From positions 40,486,001-40,550,000 of the forward strand of contig NC_045138.2 in NCBI RefSeq assembly GCF_008831285.2: a stretch of 64,000 bases of DNA. Reading direction: 5' to 3'. Of this stretch, positions 52,132 to 64,000 are shown piece after piece. The notes below the pieces were generated by a model, which saw only the letters and a list, made by a program, of their open reading frames with translations, was not told the origin of the DNA and made no database searches. Source of the stretch: Nymphaea colorata. Taxonomy: Eukaryota. The first letter of the stretch is position 1, and the number at the start of each line of letters is the position of its first letter. Both the position numbers and the translations under genes were made by a program.

Positions 52132-53337
52132 AAATCAGATTCTCCCAACAGATCTAGATTTGGATTTGGATTTGGACTTTGCAACACCCCATGTGTACGA
52201 CAGGGACTTGAGAATTATACCATGATAATCGTTTTATATGTCTATTTATCATATGTCCTGGTTGGAAGACTTTTTTTGTGCATCATATGTTGGAAGTAAT
52301 TAAGATTTAATGCATTATCCCATTACTTATATGAGTGGAGGTTGTGTGACGGAAAGAATTTGTTGCAACCCAGACGATAGCTAGCGATGTCAATGGATCA
52401 AGATTTGGATTGAATATCTGATCCAACTGCTTCAGAAAAAAAAAATGATGTGGAGAAAGAATACTATTTGGTTAAGAAATAGATCAGATTTAGATTCAAG
52501 AAACGACATCCGATCATATCCACATATTGAGCTCTATGTTTAAGTATATATCCAATGGAATAATAAGCATATTAATATAGCCATTCGAAAGTAGATTATT
52601 AGCATATATATATGATTATGTGAGAAGTAGACGTTGCCTCTACTCAACAGATAATTAGTAGATATTTCTTGTCTTTGTGGAAGATTGAGATTCATCAAGT
52701 GCTGTCCCCAAGTTTCTCCCAACCAGAAAGGAGATGGGAAAGAGAACAACACCCAACAAACAAGTGCTAAAGTTGGGCACGAAAATTCTATATCGGAAGA
52801 GTTTCGAAGAGAAAATATCGAACAAAGATGATGTCGTAACTTCTGGCTTGTCATAAAGGGAAAGCATGATAGTGGGAATGCTTCTAACCTCTTGATGTGG
52901 GGAGCAGTTTGCCGTGGCCCGTGCCACACAACATTTTTCAATTTGACGAGAAATCCTTTGAATCCATCCCACCTAATCAAATTCCAAACAAGATTTTCTT
53001 TGGCGCTAAAGTTTTGGGGTTATCTGAAAAGTTATGAACTTACGCCATTTTTTCTAGTTCTAAACCTATAAAGACTTTTTATCTTAAATTGATCTCACTA
53101 GTTACAATGTCTAATCAGCTCTTTGAATTTTTTATATAACATGGTTGCTAATCCTGGAACTCGGACAAGTGACTCGTCCCTAGAATCACTTGGGTAGGTT
53201 GTTTGGATATATATATAAGTAACGTTAGGTGGTGAGCAGAAGAAGTATTTCATCATAGTATAAACTTCATCTTTTCTCCTATTTCTCAAGGTTTCAAGCT
53301 TGCTTGAACAAGTAGTGATTTTTCAAATTTATAACAG

Positions 53338-53435
53338 TAAGGAATATATTTGTAATTTTTGTCAATATAATATATTTTAAGGAATATATTTGTAATTTTT
53401 GTCAATATAATATATTTGTAACTTTTGTCAATATA
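53338..53435 (+). repeat. ~40-bp AT-rich tandem repeat
   Basis: taaggaatatatttgtaatttttgtcaatataatatattt occurs ~2.5 times. Confidence 0.8.
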
Positions 53436-53807
53436 TTAAAAAACAACCGGCTACTTCAACCATTTTAGGTTGTTTTTTTTTTCTAAGAATCCAACCAAAT
53501 CTAAATTGAAATTGGATTGTAAAAAATGTTGAGGAATAACTGTCGTACTTCTTTCATAAATTGGATTCTTTGGCATGTCTTTGTGTATGAGGATGTCCAT
53601 TTTGTTATTCGGCTACGCACCGTCTTTTGTTTGTTGTTGTTGGGTGACTCAGTTGCTCAGTCTATCAACACTCTCATCACCCTTTTATTTTGTTTTATTG
53701 TACTGCTTTATTGTATATTTTTTTTTGTATTTTGTTGTTGTGGTTTGTTTTTATATCTAGAAGACTTTTTGTTTCTAAATTTTTTTATGTTTTTTCATTA
53801 TGTTGGC

Positions 53808-53954
<147 letters not shown>

Positions 53955-56889
53955 AAAATCGACTTCTATTTCATTTTTTTTAAATCCAACCCTACAAATG
54001 CCATGCTATATGCCATTGGCTAATTTAATATGGTGGAAAAGGTCATTTGAATCGATCAACACTAACATTGTTATCGATAAAAAATACACAGTAGTAAAGT
54101 AGAAAATTTTGAGAAAATAATCATTTATAATAATTAAATTAGCACGACTTGGTTGACACTGATTATTCACCGGGAAGAACCGCTTGACTTAGGCGATGAC
54201 TTGGGCGAGTCGTTTGACTTGGATGAGTTAACTCATACACGGGAGGCCCTTATTTTCCGATCAAGACCCCCAAGTCCAACCAAGTCAGCGAGTCAACTCG
54301 TAACCACGGGATCGAGCTATCAATTGGTAACCTCGGAAATAATAAAAAACTAGGTCTTAACTTTTTAAGATAAAATTTAAAAGAGCTACCCATTAACAGA
54401 AAACATTAATTTTGAATATAAAATCATAAAAAATATACAAGCGTGTCTAAAAGGTTATGCAATTAAATACAAAAAAACAGCGACGTTAAAATCAATCATG
54501 AATCGGTCCCATTGATTGATAAGATACTGATCAAAAGAGAACAAGCGTCCGGTAATTAAGTAATTTTAAACTTTAAATTTCTTTATATGTTTGAAATTAG
54601 TTGATTTTAACATCATAAAAGAAAATCACCCAATAGGGACTGATGAGCATTTTCTCAAGGTTTTAAAAAAAAAGAAAACGATGGAAACGAATACTTACAA
54701 CATTTATGTTCCAGCTTAGTTAGCAAAATAATTATCTTTTATAAATGTGGCAGACACCACAAGTGAAATTAACTAGGGAATAGTTTTAAACTAAAGAAAA
54801 CCATAAGCGTCAAAGTTTATTTCCACTTCTCTTTATTAAATGTTTAACACCTAGCAGTAAAAGAAAAATGTCTAAACTGTATTAAACGTTAGTTGATATT
54901 ATCTGATTTACAAATGGATGGTGATAAATGTTTTACTATAATTTTTGGGTAAGATTCATAAAACACTTCTAACTACCAAACGATCCATTAAGTTCACATC
55001 TAAAACTTAACAAATCTGTAGATTTTAAAAAGCCGGTTAGCGGCTACTTTCTATCCCTTTCATAGAAAGGAGCCCTTGTAATTATATACATTTAATTATA
55101 TTGGAATCTGCTCAACTCTACCATGTCAATTTTAAAAAATAAAAAGTTTTCCAATGATTTTTTTTTAATTTAAAAAAAACTATTTTTGGTGTAAAACCCT
55201 CAAGGTCATATCTTTATTCTTCTAAGATTCTACCATGCTTTTGTCTCTAGATGTACCTTGAATGCATTCTTCAACCCTAATGTATGTCGCAACTACCATT
55301 ATTTGCTACCGAAAAGAATAATGCATCAAAACATGACAGTGACTATAAGATTTGAATCTTGAACCGCGCCATGTTACCCGCTTGCATTTTATATCTGAAA
55401 AAATTAAAGAATTTTTTTTTAAATATTGGAGGCGAGAGAGACCACTCCTTTTAGCAAACTGATTTCAAAATAGGCTGATTTTAGAGTGATTTTAATTGAT
55501 TCAGACCGAATCCGCAAATGATCTGATTCAGTGGATTCAAAAGTGCCGTGTGCCAATTAAAAATTTATCTTATTATTATTTTTTTTAATATATTATTTTT
55601 TTACTATGCTTGCAACATTATTTAGATGGCAGAGCTTGTAGTTATGAATGTCATGATTTTGATTTCTCATGTCTACATCATGAAGAAAGAAATTCGACAC
55701 GAACGGACATGATTTTGACATTACAAAACAATGACTTGACAAAGGAATGAAATAGTGGTTCCATGCCCACAGTTGGCAGATCGCCGATAATAGATGAAAT
55801 AATTGTGCTTTTAATTGCTGGGAAATGGATTCCCAGGAAAATTAATCGTCGGTTGCCGATTCCAAACTACGAACTCAGTGGCACGCCTGGACTCTCTCCA
55901 TTTCAGTCAACAAATAAAAATAACTAAATAAGTATTTTGGCTGCACCATATACGTTAGGTGCATACGAAAACAAATATATTTTGTATAAAAATATTTCAT
56001 TAGCTTTAAAAAAAAATGTGGTCACATGTAAGTGCACTGTAGTATCCTTTGAATTTTAATTTCATATTGAGCGGTTAGTTGGTTGCTAGTTGGTTGTTTA
56101 TTTTACTTAAAGTAGGCAATTGTGTTTAACTAAAAGGCAATTATTTGAATTAATCATGGCTGCTGGGAATTGAGATTAGGAATATAAATGAATCGGATTT
56201 GAATTGGATATAGCATTTACCATATTGAATTTCTTATATGTTCATATATTTGCATTCCAATCCAACCTTTGAATTCGCGATTGAATCTAAACTCCATGCT
56301 TACTGTCTGAATTTATCTAAAGTTAAATTTGAATACCATCAAGATGTCATTTCTTAGGTTCAAAGTCTTTTTGAGGCAAGAAAGCTGAATATCTAATCTG
56401 AATCCAATTCATTAACACGAAACTACATTTTTCTTGTGAACCAACTTAAAATAGACTTTTATGTTTATAATAAAATAAAAAGAAAAATAAAATATTAAAG
56501 ATTGGAAAACAAAAAACTCTAATTCATGTAGAAATTTGACGAGGTTAAATGTAATTATGTTTGATTATTAACTAAGGTGATTTTTTTTCTCTAAAATTAA
56601 CCCCAAGGAATTCCAATTCCAATTACCAGGTCAAACTCTAATGCTGCGTTAATTACTCATGGGGTGATCCACACTGTCAAGGTCCGTAACCAACAATCCG
56701 CCAGCTGGTGAAGTCGATAAAGCAAAGACAGTTTCGGGGAAGAAAACACGATCATTTTTCAACGTGGCAGAAGATTGGAGACAGCTTGATTCTTAAATCA
56801 GCATTTGATGATTTTCTAGCTGTCGTAACACCTGGGCTGCAATGGAACCGGATGCTGCCCGTAGGTTTAACCGGTAGGCCCGGTGGCTA

Positions 56890-57054
56890 GGGCTTCACCT
56901 CGTGCCTATAAATACCGCGATATCCCCTAGCCCCCCGCCTCCAGGACGCGTAAGCTTCGGGTTGGATAGACTGTGAGTGGAGGAGAGAGAAAGAGGGAGG
57001 GGTCAAATTCCCAAGAAAACGTTTACTCAGAGACCACAGCCAAACGCCGGAAAG
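56890..57054 (+). promoter_or_regulatory. Putative distal ERD15 promoter and non-coding first exon
   Basis: TATAAATA at 56907-56914 in a GC-rich context, then a GA-rich leader ending at a strong donor AAG|GTAAAC (GT at 57055) and pyrimidine-rich intron sequence. The plausible matching acceptor is gcgcag at 61486. Confidence 0.6.
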
Positions 57055-58232
57055 GTAAACGCTTTCCTCTTCGTCTTCTTCTTACTTTTTCATCGTCTTC
57101 TTGGAAAGGAAGAAAACTAGGGATTGTTGGCGAAATTCCTTCGTTTAGTTCATGAATTCGTTCATGAAAACTTGCTGTCGCGGCATCAGGGGGCGTCCGT
57201 CATCATTCTTGGCTCAATCCGTTGGCCTGAGGTCCACGGAATGACGGGAATGGCCTTTTCTGGCTTCGGTATATGCGAATTGCTTGTGTCTATTTAGCAC
57301 GATTGTTTCGTAACGATTCGTGAGCTATGTCTTCATCCGCGGTTTCCGAGGGATCGGATTTCGTTTAGTCGTGCTTTTTGTTGCTTTCTGCTTTCTCTTT
57401 GGAGAGAGTGTCCACACGGAGCCTTCTGGAATTCTGTACGATGTTTTCGATATGGATTTCGGGAGCCAGGGAGTCCTTTGCGACTTTGCGTTATGTTCCG
57501 TTCTAGATTTTCAATTTCGCTTCATCTTCTTCTGATTTGGCGCTGATATGAAGGTGCGGCTTCAATTATTCTGCTGTTTCCATCAGTTGATCTTTTAACT
57601 ATTTCCGACTAGTTTTGGTGATTCTGGACAAACGTTCTTCATTCCTCCATAATTTCCAAGGAGTCCCTTTCAAGGAAATTGATCAGACAGGAACAGAAAC
57701 ACTGACAGAGGAAGACACCTGTCTCTCTCTCTCGCTCTCTAAGTTGTTTGTGGACTTTTGTTCCTTTTTTACCTCTTTAATTTCTTCTTCTCTTTTACGC
57801 GGCTTCCGGGCTTGAGTTACGTATCTGAAAGCCTAGTGCCGGACTCTCCGCGTTTTTGCTTTTAAAAGGGGAAAAATATCACCCGACAGCCCTAGCTCAC
57901 AGGGCCTTCATAAATTCGCGGTAGTTTACTTTATTGGCGTTTCGCCGGTGGCACGCACCCGCGTGGTTACAACGGCAAACCGCCAAGATGGACTTCATGT
58001 GAAGAGCCCGTCCCCTCAATGGTTCTTTATCAGCCGCCTAGTTTGACCGGTGAATCCATTGGTAGGCAGACGGTGCTTTGCTCAGCTGGTTGTCGTTCTT
58101 CCTGCTCTGGATCCAATCTTAGACAAATGGGTCATATCCAGGATTTTGCCATTTCTGGCTGATCCTGAGTTCGACTCCGGTCGACTTTTTGTATTCCGCT
58201 GTCAGGATCTAACCCTGGCTTGCACTTGAAGT

Positions 58233-58461
58233 TAGGGATGTAAATAGACTGGATATATCCAATTACCAACTTACATTTGAACCGCGTAGCAGGATTTGGT
58301 AAAGATCTGATTATGTATAGATATCAGATATTATACCTGACCTGAAATGGGCTTTAAAAGATAAAATTCAAATCTGGTTCTGAATCTAAATTTGGATCCA
58401 AGTACTATGAAATCCGATTAGAAGTTGGATCTGTCCAGAGTCCCAACGATTTACATCCCTA
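58233..58461. mobile_element. 229-bp hAT-like MITE with perfect 13-bp TIRs
   Basis: TAGGGATGTAAAT ... ATTTACATCCCTA enclose a GGATCT/ATCCGA-rich interior. The TSD is unclear. Degenerate relatives lie at ~7465-7660, ~45190-45420, ~52380-52530 and ~56190-56410. Confidence 0.8.
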
Positions 58462-61400
58462 GTGAAATCGCGTAGGCATTAGGCAAGTGTTCATAATGCC
58501 CGTCTCTTGTTGAGTTTTGCCTGTTCATGAATGAGCGGGGAAAGCGTCTCGCTAAATAGGCGAGATGACACGCCCCCTGATGCAGATACATTGCACTAGA
58601 TACTCTTCGTTTATTGTCTCCTGGGGCCCTACCAGGTGGCTTGTGTGGCATTTAGTCTTTGCGGGTTAGGTCAAGACACTCTGCAATTGATGTAAAGCTT
58701 GTTTTCCCGAAAATTGGGTTTGCCTGTCTTGCCTTGCCATGTGATGGTTCAGACTTTGTGCAGAATTAATGTATTTTTCAAAATTTGTATCGCATGGTCA
58801 TGATGTCCACTTTTTTTAAACCACAACTCTATATTTGGATCGACTACTTTGCATTTGTGAATGATTTTACAAGAATCGAGAATTTAACGATTTTTTAGAT
58901 TTTGTTAGGTTCGAGGATCCTTATTCAAATAAACTGATGAAATGATTGTTCTAACTTTTGAATAATGATAGGGGTAGTCATATGGTCAAATTTTTGAAGA
59001 AAATACATGAAACTGCTTTATAAATGCAATGGCTCGATTTTTGGCAATTATGTTATACCGGATGATCTCTTATTTGCAATTAGGGGAACTGAAATCAGAG
59101 TTCGACGGGCCATACTCATAGTATGGTACTATCATGTAGAGGAGGCATAATAAAATATTAAATAAACGATGGATTGAAATTGATGTTTAAACTCAATAAA
59201 GCACTTACAGAGGGTTGTTTAATCTCTCTAAAGACAATAGAAACATTTCATAATTTAGTAAAATCTCGTCATTCAAGGTTAACAATTCATTGCCAGATCC
59301 ATTAGCCAAGCTAATAGGGTGCCGATAATCCGTCCCGTGAAGGCAATCAGCCATCGAACTTGTCACCCTTTTAAAAGCACTCCGCTGGTATGGGGTTGCC
59401 ATAAAGTGCGATCAGATCCGGCCGTTTACCAAATGCCTGAATCATCTTTAAATGCCTAAAACACGCTTTGAACGGAAGCTTGCGTCTGTACTGTTAGTGC
59501 ACATTCATCGCCGTTTCTTGTGCCTTAATGGTGGGGTTCACTAAAAGGATGAACTGTTAGTGCTTAGGGTGGTGGCCGAAAGCTGTCATCAAAATTGAAA
59601 ATAGTCATGTCCACAAAGGGTTGCACCTTGAATAACATTTTACGGTAGACATAGATTTTATATTTGCTCATAATTGTTGGGTCCCTACTCTTGGCTTGTA
59701 ATTTAGATTCTCAAGGAGAGACGGAGGAGTTTCCTGAAAAATTTCTTTGGGGAATGAGGTTTCGCATCTTCCAATGAGTCGCCTACTTCTCCTGCAACCA
59801 TTACTTTTGCATGTTATGAGAAAAACGAGATACTTTACCAAAGGGAGTCCCGAAAGAAACGAGTATGCTGATGAATGGATGGAGGATTTCTTGAAGGATT
59901 TTGTCCCACTTTTCACCGAAAAAAAATCGAACTTCCATTTTTCCTTATAAACGAAAAAGCTGAGACACTTTTGCGACACTTGCACATGACACGACGGAAC
60001 TCGAATTATTTAGATTCCATGGTTTTTGCGTGGCGAACTGTGACTGGCTTGACAGGAAAGTGCGGGTTGGACTTTAAGGGAAGCGCTGCCGTGGTAACCT
60101 TGGGACCGTAGGTTTGTGAACCCCCGTTTGTCCTTTTGCCCTAGGCTCAGCTGCTGCGTACACGAGTAATTATTTTGCTGGAAGGTTCATCCCCACCCAC
60201 ACAGCCTAATTATTTTGTCTTTTTCTTATGAAACTGCAACCCGTCTAACACTTGTTTTTCCTAGAACAAAGCAGCTTTCCTTCAAACTTTGAGGCTTTTT
60301 TTTGGGTGTATGGTGCAAAGTCGAATCCTTAAGTAGCGGTCCTGGCTGAAAAAAATATCACGGTCGGCCTCGACTCTAGTAAGTACACTTGTTTGCGCAT
60401 TGGCAATCAATGGTATCCGACGAGAGGCGAACCTGTGGCCAGTGGTCGCTGTCTACACTACCCTAGCATTTTTAAAGCGTTTGGTTGCTTTAACCTTGCC
60501 CTCACTTCAACTCAAAAATTACAGCTGTTAAAATATTTCAAAAAGAAAATTTCACAATAATACATTAATTTCTTCTTCAAAGAACTAATGTTTAACCTTC
60601 AAACCCAAGAGCATCTTGTCATGCCTTCAAACCTAAAAGCGTACGTTTGGTTAGCCCTTAGAAAGTGAGCGTCATTTTATAAGAACATTGTTTAAAAACC
60701 CTCTACGGCAGAAGCGCAGGCTTACAGAGGAATACTGCTCGATAAGAAGTGAGGTTTCCACTTCCTGTTCAACGGATTGGATTCACCTAGCCTTCCTTTG
60801 TTCTAGTAGCAGATGCTTTATTTGCTGTGTAAATAGAGCATCTTAATTATGATTCTGTCTCTTGCATCATCATGATCCATGGTATATTTAATTAGAAAGT
60901 TGGAGAAAAAAGAAATCAAGAAAAGTGAATATGGCTTCAGTTGGCTTCAGGACTTTCTTTAGTTTATAACTAATCATTCTTATAGGTACCACTTCCTGCT
61001 CCTTGGATCCTGCTGAAGGGTCTAATCTAACGCCAACAAAATTATTCGACCTGCACCTGCCACATGGTGTGTTGTAGACTGTTTCTTCATTTATCTCTTG
61101 AACATCTCTTTACTGCATTTAATATTTTAACGTACAACCGAACTCGCCGTCGTTTAAACTACATAAATATTACCGAGCCGTTCAAGCCTTAAAGTATCTT
61201 TTGTGTTATTCGTCCATGTGGTGCTTCGTGGCTTATTTGTTTTTTGTTTTATTTTTTCTTGAAATAAAAAAATCAAGGCGTATGCCACTGTCACATGGTG
61301 GACTCCACCGCATCTTTTGGACGTGCACTCCTTTTTTTCTTGTACGCGGAAAGAGTAACACAGTTTACTTGTTCCTAGCTATATGTTTTTGGTTACTGAA

Positions 61401-61535
61401 TTGTGTATGAATTAGTAAAGCCGTTGGGCATGATAGCGTCTCCCTCTCTCTCTCTCCCCATATAAAGAGTTGCAATTGTTGCGCAGGCTTCTAAATCAAA
61501 AAGAGAACGAGCGGTTGATGAGACGATAATAATTC

Positions 61536-62529
61536 ATGGCAGCAGCACCAGGAATCATCAGATCCTCACTTAACCCGAATGCACCTCCCTTCATCCCCTC
61601 CTCCTTTCAGCGGGTGGAGGACTTCTCTCCGGAGTGGTGGGAGCTCGTGAAATCATCGACGTGGTTCCGAGACTACTGGGTGGATCAGCACCAGGAGATC
61701 GTCGATGGTGTTAGCAATGCCGGAGAGGAAGATGACATTGTGGCTCTTCTGCCGGAAACCTTCGAGCTAGAGGAATTTCCCGATCTTCTCGATGAAGGGG
61801 TATTCTTTCAGCCTGAGCAGCCGAAGCATCTGATGAGCAATCAAAATGGCGATCTTAATCAAGAGAAATTACGACTGGGTAATTCACTATGTTCATTAGG
61901 CCATGACGTTATGTGACATACCTTGATAATAATAATCCCAAATGAATTCGGTTTTTGCACATACAAATTTGTGCTACCACACCGCCACCGGTGCTCTTTA
62001 TCCATGTTGCTGGCAGAACAGAAGACCATGGTGGCTTTTGGAAAAGTTGCCCATTGGGGACCCTTTCCTTATCCTTCCGGTTGTGCTTTCCATTGTCGTT
62101 GCTATCCATTTTGAAAGCTTTCAAATATCTATCATTTCTTTATTTCTGAGAATAGTCCAAAACCCGTATGATATATTTCTTTCATGTCTTTGATGTGGGG
62201 ACTGTTGAGAATCGTCCTCTTACGGACCATTGGTTTGTTCTTCTAGATCCTTTTTCTGAAAGATGATGAATGATGATGAAATCCCTTTAACGTCCACAGT
62301 AATTTTCCTTTTCCCAAAAAGCCAAACTCTTTTCAGGGTACATTTTAGCAGGCCTGCTCGTTACTTAAAATTTTGCTGTACTATGTGGCTTGCAGACATA
62401 GCAGAGAGCCTGGGTTTGAAATCGCCAGGAGGCGGGACGTGGGAGCAGCGGGCCAAGTACTGGGAGAAACCACCGCAGACCGTCAGCCCCAGGACCCCCA
62501 ACCGTAGGATCATTCAGCAGCCGCGATGA
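61536..62529 (+). CDS. ERD15: EARLY RESPONSIVE TO DEHYDRATION 15-like PAM2-motif protein (CID1/CID2 family), 2 coding exons, ~158 aa
   Basis: Exon 1 (61536-61878) has the PAM2 motif [12 protein letters not shown], then [22 protein letters not shown] and an acidic region. A phase-1 GT-AG intron leads to exon 2 (62396-62529), which ends [24 protein letters not shown], the conserved family C-terminus. Confidence 0.93.
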
Positions 62530-64000
62530 TCATCTTCACAAGAAAGAAGGGGACACTGCCGTGAGAACTCTCTTGAGTTTTGTCTGCAACTCGCTCTCCC
62601 TTCCTTTCCCCTCCTTTTGTTTATTTCCTGTAAAGGGATGCTTAAATATCTGAAGTTGGTCACATGTCTCCTGGCAGCGATCTCTGTTAAGTAAATTTCG
62701 GTGAATATTATCTTTCTCTCTTCCTCCCACATCACTGCCGCGCCCTCTCTGCATCTTTCATTTCAACCCGTGCCCTCCCACAAGTTGAGCATAACCAAGT
62801 ATACTGTGAACCCTGAGCTTTCCCTTGGTGCTGCCTTCAGAAGGCAAGGTGGTCGCTGAAGGGTTCGATTCTCGTGGATGGTTAGGGAGCCAACCTCTCA
62901 CCAGGGGCCGCCTATTTAACCCTTCGATACTAGTACGGCCCTTATAATAAGCCAAGGTTCAAAAAAAGATTTCGTGGGAAAGGATTTCCATGGGAATGGG
63001 CAATCACTTGAAGATAGCAAATGGAACGACCTAGGAATATCGCCATTAATCAAATTAACGGTGGGCACTAGCTGTTTACACAGCAAGGAAAAAGAAAAAA
63101 AAACCGTCTTTTTCTGGGCATATTTTGACACGAAGCTACTTGAAAGAAAAGGACCCGACAATTATAGGAGACAATGCAAGTTTCCCTTACAAGATCGCCA
63201 CAAAAATTACAACTTAAAACAAATGAAAATCCTCCACAGCATCCGAAAGATTTAAAACATAAAAAATCCTTTTTTTTGGGTTGGAAATTTTGTTTCCCTT
63301 TCACATAATTCCATAATTGGTAGTGTGTACACATGAAGACTTTATGCTAAACAAGCGAAGATATAATGACATAAATTTTCCATATCAGCCCTTCCAATGC
63401 GTCGCATGTGAATCATGTCTTCAAGTTATACTTAGAAAAAGGTGGCCACGCACAAGAGCCTTCGGAACAACCTGAAAACCTGGCTGTCGGCAGTTTAGCC
63501 GCAGATCCACCTTGGAGCTACTACAGCCATGGGTGTCTGACACCTAGATTCATCCTCCCCGGCCTTTGTGCAACCTTCTAAGCTTCCAGGAAGCAATTAT
63601 AACTAAAACCAACATTTGGAGACAATCACTTCATCGCATTACTTATGAGCTTAGCTCCCAGCGAACGCAGAAGCCGAGGAAAGCACACCATCAAAGAGAG
63701 GCAGGCGCTAAAGGGAATGGGGATCCGATAAAATTGATACGATAGCCATTGCATTAAACTCATGGAGATATTAGTGTGGACTGTTTATTATGGGATCAGT
63801 GTACTACTACAACTTATCCATGAAGGCAAAGATAAATAAAGCGAGACAAAAACATAACTTTAATCTATTCAAAATGAAAAATTTTTAAACAGACAACTGG
63901 CGAACACTCAAGCCTCTGCACTTCATTCGAAATATTGGCGTATAAGGACACGTCCACATAACATGGAACAAGGTAAAATGTGGAAAAAAGGGCTAGCTTA

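Overview
This is AT-rich plant (angiosperm) nuclear DNA with GT-AG introns; it has no prokaryotic operons, rRNA or CRISPR arrays. The left ~25 kb is a mosaic tandem-duplication array built around a type D/VI non-specific lipid-transfer-protein (nsLTP, 8-Cys prolamin fold) locus. It holds one intact, unusually Cys-rich gene (9900-11185), one pseudogene (24137-24908), an orphan exon-2 remnant (~6670), a GH17 beta-1,3-glucanase pseudogene (19248-21232, -) and a second glucanase 3' remnant. Degenerate Ty1/Copia LTR-PBS-gag pieces (partly in fold-back orientation) and CACTA ends are interspersed. The right ~39 kb is an ordinary gene neighbourhood: a folylpolyglutamate synthase with 15 coding exons (27259-41814, +), an intronless JINGUBANG-like WD40 gene (47132-48418, +), an L1 LINE reverse-transcriptase fragment, several MITEs and microsatellites, and an ERD15/PAM2 gene (61536-62529, +) with a probable 4.4-kb 5'-UTR intron. 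I found no clearly new biological system. The best leads are the 13-Cys nsLTP with two possible terminal exons, the LTP/glucanase birth-and-death array and the Copia-gag fold-back. All gene models and alignments were made by eye and need confirmation.
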